Assembly (NCBI GenBank): GCA_040384285.1
Contig: JAZKJN010000010.1
Span: 11,995 to 75,994, forward strand
Direction: 5' to 3'
Length of the DNA stretch: 64,000 nt
Source: Patescibacteria group bacterium
GTDB lineage: Bacteria; Patescibacteriota; Minisyncoccia; Phycocordibacterales; PALSA-1337
Of this stretch, positions 27,721 to 37,148 are shown piece after piece. Numbering within the stretch: the stretch's first letter is position 1; each line of letters begins with the position of its first letter. The position numbers and the translations under genes were made by a program. The notes beneath the pieces are model-generated. The model had not been told where the DNA came from and ran no database searches. It saw only the letters and a list, made by a program, of their open reading frames with translations.

Positions 27721-27819
27721 AAAAAATCCCCGCCCTGCTTTCGCAAGACGGGGAGACGTGGCACGGTCGGAGAGACAGTAGCTAGTGGATGTGGGGTCGC
27801 ACCGCTATATTCGTGCCAT
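27721..27819 (-). ncRNA. Small RNA candidate (~100 nt including terminator)
   Basis: TTTACA-17-TATTAT promoter with TG; TGGCACG/CGTGCCA closing stem; 12-bp GAAA-capped terminator plus T6. Confidence 0.55.
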
Positions 27820-27878
27820 TGAATATAATACCACGTTGTGGTATTTCTGTAAAGTATTTAAGAGATGTCTTCTGTCTG

Positions 27879-27951
27879 TGCGCCTAGTTGGAATCGAACC
27901 AACGACCCACTCCTTAAAAGGGAGATGCTCTACCAACTGAGCTATAGGCGC
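27879..27951 (-). tRNA. tRNA-Lys(TTT)
   Basis: Cloverleaf GCGCCTA..TAGGCGC, anticodon loop CTTTTAA, GTTCGATTC. Confidence 0.96.
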
Positions 27952-28007
27952 AATGAAAAGATATTACCACAAAAGAGGAAATTGGCTAGCGGACACGGAC
28001 GGTATAG

Positions 28008-28376
28008 CTAGAGTGGAAGGTCGAAAGCAAAGAATCCTCCGCCCGTAAACACAAGCGAGAGGGCCATTGCCAAAAGGAGAATATAGTAATTGACTCCGTT
28101 TGAAAGAAGGGCTTTTTCCTGCACTTTGTGTCCAAGCTTTATGATGAGGATGAGGACATTCAAAAGAGCAGCCAGCTGTGTGAAAAGTCCAATAATGATG
28201 CAGAAAGCAATTGCTACTTCAGCTATCCCGTATATCTTGCTATTGCTTCCAGAACTTTTACCCACACCTTTAATCTTCAAATATCCAAAGTATGCGAGAG
28301 TTCCTCCGAGGACCAGTCGTATGATGAGGGGAGCGAAACCTTGCAATGCGAGAGCGTCAGGAAAAATTGAAAGCAT
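28008..28376 (-). CDS. DoxX family membrane protein
   Basis: LIIRLVLG, GLFTQLAA, GGGFFAFDLPL; start reassigned. Confidence 0.8.
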   Translation of the reverse strand: MLSIFPDALALQGFAPLIIRLVLGGTLAYFGYLKIKGVGKSSGSNSKIYGIAEVAIAFCIIIGLFTQLAALLNVLILIIKLGHKVQEKALLSNGVNYYILLLAMALSLVFTGGGFFAFDLPL

Positions 28377-28556
28377 ATATTTTATGTTAGATGTCTTTAT
28401 ACTAGCACGATTGACTTTTAAAGGAAAAAGCGTAATTTGAAGACAGGTTTGCACGTTGTAAACCGCCCTTGAAAAGGGGTACAAAACAACTACGACTGTT
28501 CTGGTGAAAACTGGAGTGGAAGTAAACTGAATGCCTGAAAAGGCTGAAAGGTAAAA

Positions 28557-29291
28557 ATGCAGAATGCAGAAAAAGTCAGAGAATTACTCCTCAGTGCTAA
28601 TGCAATAAATGCTGAAGCGGAACGACCGAGTCAATCAGCTCTCCTCCTCGATTTTCTTGCGGGAGAGTACGATCACGATTATAAGATCCACAAAGTGGTC
28701 GAAGGCTTGTTTCATGGTCCTCGAAACGAAGGGGAAAAGCATCTTCCAAATTCTCCGTGGGGATGTTATTACGCACTGAAAGCAACAGCACTTGCTTGCG
28801 GTGTTAAGGCGGAGAAAATTCCGTTGTATGTCACCTCTTCTTTTCGAACGTTACAAGGCTGTGGAGATTTTTCCCGAGAAAAGGTACGTTTACAAGACGC
28901 AGGTCCTGCCATCATGCTTGCTCTTTTCGAGATTCCAGAATCTTTGTCCTGCGGCATCTATTCTATGTATTTACAGAATCTCACGGACTTGCTTTTGGAG
29001 ATAGTTAACCGCGACTGGCTTCGTGGGATTAAATGTCCGGCGAAATTCTCCTCAGAGATTTCTAGCGCGCTTGCCGTGATGGTTCGAAAGGAGGGTTTTC
29101 GTCGATGGGATATGTTGGAAAAAACGGTTTGCGCCTGCCAAGGAGAAGAACCTATCTTGGTCAAAAACCCTTCGGAACTCGAAGGTATCATCATTGATAT
29201 TTTCTCACACCGAATCTTTGAAAGGTTGGGGCGAAGTCGGCGCATCAATATGCTGGTAAAAGCCCTTGGGCCTTTGGAGTCTAAACTATAG
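28557..29291 (+). CDS. Hypothetical protein (ORFan)
   Basis: 244-aa ORF with own promoter, structured leader and terminator. Confidence 0.7.
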   Translation: MQNAEKVRELLLSANAINAEAERPSQSALLLDFLAGEYDHDYKIHKVVEGLFHGPRNEGEKHLPNSPWGCYYALKATALACGVKAEKIPLYVTSSFRTLQGCGDFSREKVRLQDAGPAIMLALFEIPESLSCGIYSMYLQNLTDLLLEIVNRDWLRGIKCPAKFSSEISSALAVMVRKEGFRRWDMLEKTVCACQGEEPILVKNPSELEGIIIDIFSHRIFERLGRSRRINMLVKALGPLESKL

Positions 29292-29348
29292 TTGATTGGA
29301 CGGCGCCTGAAACATGGCGCTTTTTTTATTTTCATATAGAGTATGGAC

Positions 29349-29813
29349 ATGAAGATATCAATACTTCTCCACGACATCCGCAGTACACACAACGTAGGAG
29401 CAGTACTTCGTACGGCTGATGCTGTTGGTGTTTCAAAAGTATATTTCTCAGGCTTCACTCCCGCACCTATTGATCGTTTTGGTCGTGCAAGAAAGGATAT
29501 TGCAAAGGCATCTCTCGGTGCAGAAAAGACTGTGCCTTGGGAAGTGGTTCTCGATCCGAAAGAATTAATCAAGAAACTCAAAGGAGAAAAGGTGAGAATA
29601 GTTGCTCTCGAGCAAAATAAAAAATCAATCGACTACACACAGATTACAAAGACAAAAGATATGCTCGTTGTTCTCGGGCGTGAAGTTGAGGGTGTCGAAG
29701 AGGGGATACTCAAGCTCTGTGATGAGATCGTAGAGATCCCGATGAGGGGAACAAAGGAGTCACTCAATGTTTCTGTTGCTACAGGAATTTTGCTCTACAA
29801 GATTATCGAGTAA
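29349..29813 (+). CDS. SpoU/TrmH family RNA methyltransferase
   Basis: IRSTHNVGAVLRTADA, LGREVEG, ESLNVSVA; start could also be 29343. Confidence 0.93.
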   Translation: MKISILLHDIRSTHNVGAVLRTADAVGVSKVYFSGFTPAPIDRFGRARKDIAKASLGAEKTVPWEVVLDPKELIKKLKGEKVRIVALEQNKKSIDYTQITKTKDMLVVLGREVEGVEEGILKLCDEIVEIPMRGTKESLNVSVATGILLYKIIE

Positions 29814-30687
29814 CTTTGGTCGAAAGTTTCTGATGCACATTGCAATAGTGTGTGCCTCGTCCAGCAACCACAATACGGACGATCCTACCCGAACAGCCTT
29901 TTTTGGAACATTCCTCATTTGTTTTTCTATACGCCTGATGCTGCTCTTGAAACTTTCCACGCTTACCATCGATGTTTCTATAGTCAGACATAGAGTCACC
30001 ACCAAAATCAATTCCTCTCCGCAAGGTGGTTTGAATTGCTTCATAAAGTTTCTTTAGTTTTTTCTCTGGAATTTTTGAAACTTTTTCTTCAGGATGTATC
30101 TCTGCACGGAAAAGACTTTCGTCTGCATAGATATTTCCGATACCTGCAATGATCGATTGGTCCATGAGTGTTGGTTTGATTTTTCCTTCCGGTTTCAAAG
30201 AGACACGATCCTTGAAAACTTTGTACGTGAAGGCTTTTTCCAAAGGTTCTGGTCCGATACCTTTGAGATGATCAGTTTCGTGCATGGTGTCAGTTTCCAC
30301 CACTGTCACTTTTGCAAATTTGCGCATATCAGAAAGCTCCACATTTTTCCCGTTTGAGAGATACAAGATGAAATGGATAAAGCGGTTGAAGGGATCTCCA
30401 CGATCGTAGTCGCCATAGAGGAGATGCCCCGTCATCTTCATGTGGACAATGATGGTTCGATTGTTTGAGAGATGAATTAGAACATTTTTGGCACGACGAG
30501 AAACGTCGACAATCTTTGCACCTCGCACATCTTTTTTGAAAAGCTTAAAGTACGCAGGATCTTTGATTGTTTCTGAACCAGTAAAATATGTACTGTTGTA
30601 GTCAGTCCATACGTCAGTGATAGTAAGGTTTAAGATTTTCTTTTTGAGACCTGAAACTGTGGTTTGTACTTCGGGCAATTCTGGCAT
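29803..30687 (-). CDS. mutM: Formamidopyrimidine-DNA glycosylase
   Basis: MPELPEV, HMKMTG, GIGNIYADE, C-terminal Zn finger. Confidence 0.97.
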   Translation of the reverse strand: MPELPEVQTTVSGLKKKILNLTITDVWTDYNSTYFTGSETIKDPAYFKLFKKDVRGAKIVDVSRRAKNVLIHLSNNRTIIVHMKMTGHLLYGDYDRGDPFNRFIHFILYLSNGKNVELSDMRKFAKVTVVETDTMHETDHLKGIGPEPLEKAFTYKVFKDRVSLKPEGKIKPTLMDQSIIAGIGNIYADESLFRAEIHPEEKVSKIPEKKLKKLYEAIQTTLRRGIDFGGDSMSDYRNIDGKRGKFQEQHQAYRKTNEECSKKGCSGRIVRIVVAGRGTHYCNVHQKLSTKVTR

Positions 30688-30721
30688 ACAATTCTTATAT
30701 CACTTTTCGATATAGTTCTCA

Positions 30722-31975
30722 ATGAAACATCTATTTATAGCTTTTTGTGCAGTCGTCTTACTCGGAGTTCCGTGGCTTGTTCGCACCTATCCGCAAAGTA
30801 CTACGTACATCGACACTGCGTTCTCATATATCCACGAAAATCTCGCAGCGCTTCTTTTGGGAAATCCTGTTACGGTTGCTGAACTTCAGAATAAATATAA
30901 GAGAGCACCTCGAAGAGAGAACCCTGTAAAGATTCTTCTCATGCCGGGTCATGAACCAGGGTATGGGGGAGCGGAATATGGAAATCTTCGAGAACGTGAG
31001 CTCAATGTAGAGCTTGCGAGCTATCTTGAGGAACTTTTGGACAAGAACGAACACTACGAAGTGATCGTCGCACGGGACAATGAAGTGTGGAATCCTGTTC
31101 TTGCAACATATTTTTCAGAAAATTGGCAAAGCATCATTTCCTTTTTTGAAAGTCATCGAGATGCCATGCTCTACTCGCTCAGTGTTGGAGCTGTGACAAA
31201 ACCAAAAGATCCAATACATCACAACAGCGCTCCTCGAGATATTGCCCTACGTCTCTACGGTATCAACAAATGGGTGAATGAAAATGACGTTGATATTGCA
31301 GTGCATATTCATTTCAATGACTATCCCCGAAGAAATTCTCAGGTTGAAGGAAAACATACTGGACTTGCAATCTATGTTCCTGAACGGCAATATCAAAACA
31401 GTACAACCACACGTGCAGTGGCAGATTTCATTTTCAAAAGACTTCTCCACTACAGTGCGGTGAGCGACCTTCCAAAGGAGGAAGAGGGAATCATCGAGGA
31501 GCAGGAACTCATTGCCATCGGTTCTCATAACACAGTAGATGCTGCGAGCATGCTCATCGAATACGGATATATCTATCAGCCAGAGCTTCAAACTCCAGAG
31601 ATGAGAGAGCTTGCTCTACGGGAACTAGCATTCCAAACATACCTTGGTCTTCAGGATTTCTTTGGTAGTGGAAATGATGTATCTTTTAACTTCAATACAC
31701 TCGTTCTGCCACATACATGGAATGAGGATATAAAAAAACAAGCAACACCAACACGAGATGTCTTTGCTCTTCAGACTGCGCTCATCCTTGAAGGTCTATA
31801 TCCTCCAGCGGGGAATACAAAAAATGAATGTCCTCGTACAGGAAAGTTTGGTCCATGTACAGAAAAAGCACTTACTGAATTTCAAAAGAAATATTCTATA
31901 ACAGGTGAACACGCTTTGGTCGGAGAAAAGACGCGATCAATCTTAAATTCCCGATACTCTCCGCAAGCCTACTAG
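30722..31975 (+). CDS. N-acetylmuramoyl-L-alanine amidase (Amidase_3) with C-terminal peptidoglycan-binding domain
   Basis: LMPGH, ERELN, HIHFND, LIEYGY; TGKFGPCTEKALTEFQKKY. Confidence 0.88.
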   Translation: MKHLFIAFCAVVLLGVPWLVRTYPQSTTYIDTAFSYIHENLAALLLGNPVTVAELQNKYKRAPRRENPVKILLMPGHEPGYGGAEYGNLRERELNVELASYLEELLDKNEHYEVIVARDNEVWNPVLATYFSENWQSIISFFESHRDAMLYSLSVGAVTKPKDPIHHNSAPRDIALRLYGINKWVNENDVDIAVHIHFNDYPRRNSQVEGKHTGLAIYVPERQYQNSTTTRAVADFIFKRLLHYSAVSDLPKEEEGIIEEQELIAIGSHNTVDAASMLIEYGYIYQPELQTPEMRELALRELAFQTYLGLQDFFGSGNDVSFNFNTLVLPHTWNEDIKKQATPTRDVFALQTALILEGLYPPAGNTKNECPRTGKFGPCTEKALTEFQKKYSITGEHALVGEKTRSILNSRYSPQAY

Positions 31976-33217
31976 TTCTTCTCGAGTGACCTCTGCATCA
32001 TTCCAAGGAATCTTTGATCCATTTGCACCCATGATATATGGATCAGTGCCTTTGCCGGTGATGAGTACTGTGTCTCCAGTTTGCGCCTTGCTCAAAGCTT
32101 CGCGTATGGCAGCTCTGCGATCCATGATGATTGTATAGTTGCTTGGGGCAATGCCTTCGGCAACGTCTTTTACGATAGCTTCAGGATCTTCGTCGTAGGG
32201 ATCCTCATTGGTAAGTATGATGTCATCACAATACGCATCCGCAATACGCCCCATCTCTTTTCGCTTCCAGCTATCCCGGCCACCACCAGTTCCTCCGAGC
32301 ACACAGATATTCTTTGACCCTTCAAATACTTGGTAGAGCTTTTCCAGCGAGTCGGGTGTGTGCGCGTAGTCGACAATGACAGTGAAGTCCTGTCCTTCAT
32401 TGATCCTTTCTACACGGCCTTTGACTCCGCTAAATTTTTCGACGGCACGAATGATAATTTCTTGTGAGACTCCAAAGCTCTGCACACAGGCGATAGATCC
32501 CAAAAGATTATAAAGATTAAACATTCCTGAAAGGGGAGAATGGACCGAGGTACCTCCGAGAGAGAAATCAATTCCGCTCGGATCGAGTTTGAAAGGTTGT
32601 GCATCTTTTGCACTGTAGGTGATTTTCTTTTCTGCGATGCAGGCAAGAAACTTTCCTGATTCTACATCGTCTGCATTTGCCACGATGGTACGAGGACGTT
32701 TCTTTGAGTGTTCCATGCCTCGTGCAATCTGGAGTTTTGCATCTCGATATTTTTCATATGATCCATGAGACTCGATATGTTCTGGTGAAAGGTTGGTAAA
32801 GACGAGAGCGTCAAGATCGATAAACTTGTGTCGATACTGAAGCACTGCTTGGGAAGTGATCTCGAGTACGACATAGTCGCATCCCGCGCGGACTGCCTTT
32901 CGGAGGAATCCTTGTACAAAAAATCTTCCCGGCAAGGACATTTTGAACATATTGTCCGCCGATCGATCCGCGATCTTTTGGCGAATCGTGTTTGAAACGG
33001 CCGTCACATATCCCGCTTCTTCGAGAAGTGCATTGATAATTTCTACCGTTGTGCTTTTTCCTTTTGTTCCGGTGACTCCGATCACTTTGATCTGACGTGA
33101 GGGAAAACGAAAGAAAAGTGCGCCCAGAAGAGAGAGGGAATAATGGTAAGTAGGCTGAAGGTACGAATAGATCTTGAGGGGTATTATTTTTTTGACGTTA
33201 CGGAGAATTTTTTCCAT
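31943..33217 (-). CDS. murE: UDP-MurNAc-tripeptide synthetase
   Basis: GVTGTKGKST, TNLSPEH, VDYAHTPDSL, NEDP, GKG; start reassigned. Confidence 0.93.
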   Translation of the reverse strand: MEKILRNVKKIIPLKIYSYLQPTYHYSLSLLGALFFRFPSRQIKVIGVTGTKGKSTTVEIINALLEEAGYVTAVSNTIRQKIADRSADNMFKMSLPGRFFVQGFLRKAVRAGCDYVVLEITSQAVLQYRHKFIDLDALVFTNLSPEHIESHGSYEKYRDAKLQIARGMEHSKKRPRTIVANADDVESGKFLACIAEKKITYSAKDAQPFKLDPSGIDFSLGGTSVHSPLSGMFNLYNLLGSIACVQSFGVSQEIIIRAVEKFSGVKGRVERINEGQDFTVIVDYAHTPDSLEKLYQVFEGSKNICVLGGTGGGRDSWKRKEMGRIADAYCDDIILTNEDPYDEDPEAIVKDVAEGIAPSNYTIIMDRRAAIREALSKAQTGDTVLITGKGTDPYIMGANGSKIPWNDAEVTREELVGLRRVSGI

Positions 33218-33329
33218 AAGGATATTTATGAATCTAACATGTTTCAGTATGTAAGAAAAGCCAGATCTAGTCGTCTGAAATGTAGGTGGTGTGATTATTA
33301 GTCTAACCTTCACTACTTATACAAACACT

Positions 33330-33953
33330 ATGTCTATAAAAAATATTGTCAAAACGACTGTCGTGGTTTCTCTTTTTGTTTTTGCCTTTCTGACCGTCAC
33401 GCTTTCTGTGCATGCGCAAACATATGTCAACACAGGAAATGAGCCGGCCTATACTTCATATGGAACGTACCTTCCTGAAGATACGGAATATGAGATAAAC
33501 GGAGTTTCATATACTGCCAATGGTAGTAACTATATTCCTACCGGCACAGTTTATACTGTAGATGGAGTGAGGTATGTAGGAGGTGTTATCGGCGCACAGC
33601 CACAGGGCACGCCAAGTACGGCTACAGGAGCTGGTAATTATACCTATGTTCCTGCCGGCACGGTCTACACTGTCAATGGAACAGCATATGCAAATTCAAA
33701 TGGTACTTATGTGCCGAACGGATCGACATATACAGTAAACGGAGTGATGTATGTTGCAAATGGAGGAACATACTATAGTGGAATGCCAGGGGGAGTAAGT
33801 GTCATTCCTACAATTCCCACAACTCCAACATTTCCGAGCACAGGTCTCGGAGGAAATGCTTCTTTGAATTGGAGCATACTTCTCGCAATCGCGTTTGTGG
33901 GGGCAATCGGCGCGGTATATATGAGTCGACGCAATGAATCTTTTTCAAGATAG
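33330..33953 (+). CDS. Sortase substrate: secreted repeat protein with FPSTG sorting signal
   Basis: Signal peptide, four YxPxGxxYxVxG-type repeats, FPSTG, TM and basic tail. Confidence 0.8.
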   Translation: MSIKNIVKTTVVVSLFVFAFLTVTLSVHAQTYVNTGNEPAYTSYGTYLPEDTEYEINGVSYTANGSNYIPTGTVYTVDGVRYVGGVIGAQPQGTPSTATGAGNYTYVPAGTVYTVNGTAYANSNGTYVPNGSTYTVNGVMYVANGGTYYSGMPGGVSVIPTIPTTPTFPSTGLGGNASLNWSILLAIAFVGAIGAVYMSRRNESFSR

Positions 33954-34521
33954 TATCGTCACAAAATTTCTCGCAGGAGCCATGACCTTCTTGGGCATGG
34001 CTTTTGCCCATACATCGCTCTACGTGAGCGATGAGCAGGTGGCACAGGCCTCTCCTCCTCTTGTGATAGCTCCTGAGCTCCCATCTCATCTTTTTATTCC
34101 TTCACTTGAAATCAATGCAAATATTCAACATGTTGGTCTCACTACAACTGGTGCAATGGCTTCGCCAAAAGGTTTTGTTGATGCGGGATGGTACAGACAC
34201 GGAGTGATCCCGGGGCAAGAGGGAGGCGCTGTGTTTGCAGGACATCTCGATAACGGACTCGCATTGCCGGGAGTTTTTAAAAATCTTGCGAAGGTTGGTA
34301 TTGGAGCAGATGTGTATGTCACGACTGAAGAAAAAACTACCCTTCACTTTGTCGTCACCGATGTTGATTCGTATGATTATAAAAACACTCCTGATGAACT
34401 CGTATTCAATGACAGGGGACCGGGTTCACGTATACGCCTCATCACCTGTGTGGGGAAGTGGGTACAAGCAGACAAAACATATGACAAGCGTTTAGTTGTC
34501 ACTGCAAAGCTTGTTCCATAA
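33934..34521 (+). CDS. Class F sortase
   Basis: AGWY, PGQEG, FAGHLD, LITC and downstream Arg. Confidence 0.92.
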   Translation: MNLFQDSIVTKFLAGAMTFLGMAFAHTSLYVSDEQVAQASPPLVIAPELPSHLFIPSLEINANIQHVGLTTTGAMASPKGFVDAGWYRHGVIPGQEGGAVFAGHLDNGLALPGVFKNLAKVGIGADVYVTTEEKTTLHFVVTDVDSYDYKNTPDELVFNDRGPGSRIRLITCVGKWVQADKTYDKRLVVTAKLVP

Positions 34522-34527
34522 AACTTT

Positions 34528-35106
34528 TTATTTCCCGAGCATTTTGAGTGCCTCTTTGATCTTCTCGTTTGTAGTCATCAAAGTTTTTGGAAGCTGTTTC
34601 AAAACATCACGCGCTTCGTTCTGTGTATAGCCGAGAGCTTTGAGTGCTTCGAGTGCATCAGAGTCATTTCGCATTGCAGACTCACCTTCAGGGGAGTGAG
34701 TAAGTGTTTTAACTTTGTCTTGGAGCTCGAGAACAATTTTCTCTGCAATTTTCTTGCTGATACCAGAAACCTTTATGAGGTGGCTGGTATCATTGCTATG
34801 TACTGCTCGCTCGAGAGCTTCTACTGATGCGTTGTTGAGGATGCCAAGCGCTGTTTTTGGTCCAATACCTGAAATACCGATGAGGAGCTCAAAAAAGTTG
34901 AGTTCTCCGAGACTTGAGAATCCATAGAGGTCGAGGGCGTCTTCGCGGACGGCGAGATAGGTCCATAGAGTGACGGATTCACCCTCTTTGCCAAGCTTTG
35001 TTACAAGGTCGATAGTTGTCGCCACTTTGTAGCCCACCCCATGTACATCAAGGACGATGTACTTTGGGTTTATGTGCACAATGGTTCCGGAAAGGCGAGA
35101 TATCAT
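34528..35106 (-). CDS. ruvA: Holliday junction DNA-binding protein RuvA
   Basis: VHGVGY, VREDALDLYGF, GIGPKTA, ALKALGY. Confidence 0.97.
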   Translation of the reverse strand: MISRLSGTIVHINPKYIVLDVHGVGYKVATTIDLVTKLGKEGESVTLWTYLAVREDALDLYGFSSLGELNFFELLIGISGIGPKTALGILNNASVEALERAVHSNDTSHLIKVSGISKKIAEKIVLELQDKVKTLTHSPEGESAMRNDSDALEALKALGYTQNEARDVLKQLPKTLMTTNEKIKEALKMLGK

Positions 35107-35172
35107 GGGTCTATCATAGCCTATCGCTTGTGTTTTTTAAAGCGGTGTGTTAGTTTTGTGATACATAAAAGT

Positions 35173-35436
35173 ATGGCAATAACATCATCAGCAAAGAAAG
35201 CCCTCCGGGCATCAAAGAAAAAGCGAGTGTTCAATCTCCGCAGCAAGGCGGCGATCGATCTTCCTTTGAAGAAGTTCAAGAAGCTTATTAGTGAGAAGAA
35301 GGCAAAGGAAGCAGCAGCCCTCATCCCAGCTCTCTACAAGGCGCTCGACAAGGCAGCAAAGAAAAACATTATCAAAGCCAACAACGCCTCACGACACAAA
35401 TCTCGCATCATGGCAGCACTCAAAAAACTCGGATAA
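35173..35436 (+). CDS. rpsT: 30S ribosomal protein S20
   Basis: MAITSSAKKALR..LDKAAK..NASRHKSR; start reassigned. Confidence 0.96.
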   Translation: MAITSSAKKALRASKKKRVFNLRSKAAIDLPLKKFKKLISEKKAKEAAALIPALYKALDKAAKKNIIKANNASRHKSRIMAALKKLG

Positions 35437-35504
35437 TCTCCGAGTTTTTTGTTTGCGCGGTATTTTCTTTTAAATCGAGAGTAAATATGCTACTCTCTTT
35501 TTAC

Positions 35505-35579
35505 GCCCTCATCGTTCAATGGATAGGACGCAACTTTGCGGAAGTTGCGATGTAGGTTCGATTCCTACTGAGGGCACCA
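35505..35579 (+). tRNA. tRNA-Arg(GCG), CCA encoded
   Basis: GCCCTCA/TGAGGGC acceptor, CAACT-TTGCGGA-AGTTG anticodon arm. Confidence 0.95.
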
Positions 35580-35592
35580 AATGTAATTGTTA

Positions 35593-36618
35593 CTAGATAG
35601 CTGGGGTGGAGGTTGAAGGTTCGCTGTATACATTCTGTGCTTCGTTGAGTCGCTCCATCGCTTGTTGCTGATACATAGCTGATTCTGAAGATTTCCTGCG
35701 AGCATCGAAACTTAGAAGAACGATCATAGAAATAAAGAGAAGCGGAATGACCACTGCTCCAAATATCGACAGACCGATAAACCATCCTCGAGCTTTCTTC
35801 TGACCCTGTTCATCGGGTAAGATTTTTGTTGCTTTGAGTCCTTTGAAGATGAAGTAGGAATAGAACGTGAAAATAGGGTAGACCACAGCAAGACCTATTG
35901 CATTTGAGACGAGATTGAAAAGTGTCTGGAAAAGATATGTACTTGCGGAGACTTGAGTCGTTCCAAAGAGTGTCTGTAGATTTTCAACTGAGAATCCTCC
36001 GTTCATAAGAACAAAAAGGACTCCGATAATAGCAACTACGGGAAGTACTATGACTGCCATAATAAGCCCGAGAGCAAGAATTCTTCCAAACACACCCCAC
36101 CAGTTTCCTCGTACATAGTAGAAGCTGGAGATGAGAGCTTTCAAACCTCGTGTATCGTCAGTGACAAGTACATATTGGTAGTATCCGAGATATCCAGAGA
36201 GTGCAATGCCGGGAATGATAAGGAATATGCTTCCGCCCATGCAAATAAGTCCAAACAAAATTCCGATCCACAACAAGGGGAAAAATAGTCCCAACATATC
36301 CTTGTATATCCTTTTCGAATCGAAGGGTACATTTTCCTCGCCATCCTTAATATATTTTATAAGTACGAGGGGGAAGACGATGCTTACCACTGTGCCCGCT
36401 ATCGATAGCAAGAAGGTGATTACAAGTATGATTCCTTTGATGAAACTAGGAGCATGACCAAATGTATTGATCAGAGTAAAGATGGTCCCGAGCACTGTTA
36501 TAGAAAAGGGGATTGCACCCAGCACAAGAAAATTCTTCCAATTTTTCTTGTAAGAGGTCCACGATGTCTTTATAAGTTCTGAAACTTTCGGGAGAACGGC
36601 TACCGTTGGTGTTTCCAT
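35593..36618 (-). CDS. Multi-pass membrane protein
   Basis: Six to seven TM segments; IIPGI and ALISSFYYVRGNWWGVFGR pattern. Confidence 0.8.
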   Translation of the reverse strand: METPTVAVLPKVSELIKTSWTSYKKNWKNFLVLGAIPFSITVLGTIFTLINTFGHAPSFIKGIILVITFLLSIAGTVVSIVFPLVLIKYIKDGEENVPFDSKRIYKDMLGLFFPLLWIGILFGLICMGGSIFLIIPGIALSGYLGYYQYVLVTDDTRGLKALISSFYYVRGNWWGVFGRILALGLIMAVIVLPVVAIIGVLFVLMNGGFSVENLQTLFGTTQVSASTYLFQTLFNLVSNAIGLAVVYPIFTFYSYFIFKGLKATKILPDEQGQKKARGWFIGLSIFGAVVIPLLFISMIVLLSFDARRKSSESAMYQQQAMERLNEAQNVYSEPSTSTPAI

Positions 36619-36663
36619 GTTTATATAATTATTGCTAAATATGATATAGCCCCAATTATATGC

Positions 36664-37122
36664 CTAAAACCCAAACATTTCCAAAATCTTCTGTGAAAGG
36701 GGTTCGGTGTGTTTTGTTTCAGCAATATAGTTTAAAAGAATCGTACGCACTTCTTCAGGATCAACACCTTCTATGTTGAGTGTGAGGTATGGCATAAAAG
36801 TTTTGTGAGACTTCACCAGTGCTTTTGCTGGACGCTCTTCTGCATCGATCCAAAAAGATTCAAGTCCGAGAAAAGGGTAGAGGATGTCATTGACTACGAT
36901 CCCGCGATCATTGATCTCGTAGTGTACGATCTTTGGATGTTTTGAAGCGTGAACTACAAGTGCAAAGGTTGCAACGATGATAAAAATACCAAAGATCACA
37001 TTGCCAAAGATGACAGCGAGAGCTGCGGCAGTGATAGCGATAATACCGACCGCCCAGTACCAGTCATTATTTTTTTCAGTATGAAAATGCTCTGGAGCAT
37101 CCCACGAGATCAAAGGTTCCAT
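36664..37122 (-). CDS. Conserved hypothetical membrane protein
   Basis: ISWDAPEH, DWYW, two TM, ESFWI. Confidence 0.75.
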   Translation of the reverse strand: MEPLISWDAPEHFHTEKNNDWYWAVGIIAITAAALAVIFGNVIFGIFIIVATFALVVHASKHPKIVHYEINDRGIVVNDILYPFLGLESFWIDAEERPAKALVKSHKTFMPYLTLNIEGVDPEEVRTILLNYIAETKHTEPLSQKILEMFGF

Positions 37123-37148
37123 GTGAATATTATATCACAAGCTTTTTG

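Noticed and set aside
27343-27819. The RNA pair as a two-piece (permuted) tmRNA, or the small RNA as a tRNA (ends GCCA)
   Set aside because: No T-loop (GTTCRA), no alanine acceptor G-U identity and no tag reading frame
28458-28530. c-di-GMP-I riboswitch resemblance (GUAAA..GAAA..ACAAAA)
   Set aside because: Lacks GGCAAA/GACGCAAAGC consensus and a P1; kept only as an unclassified structured leader
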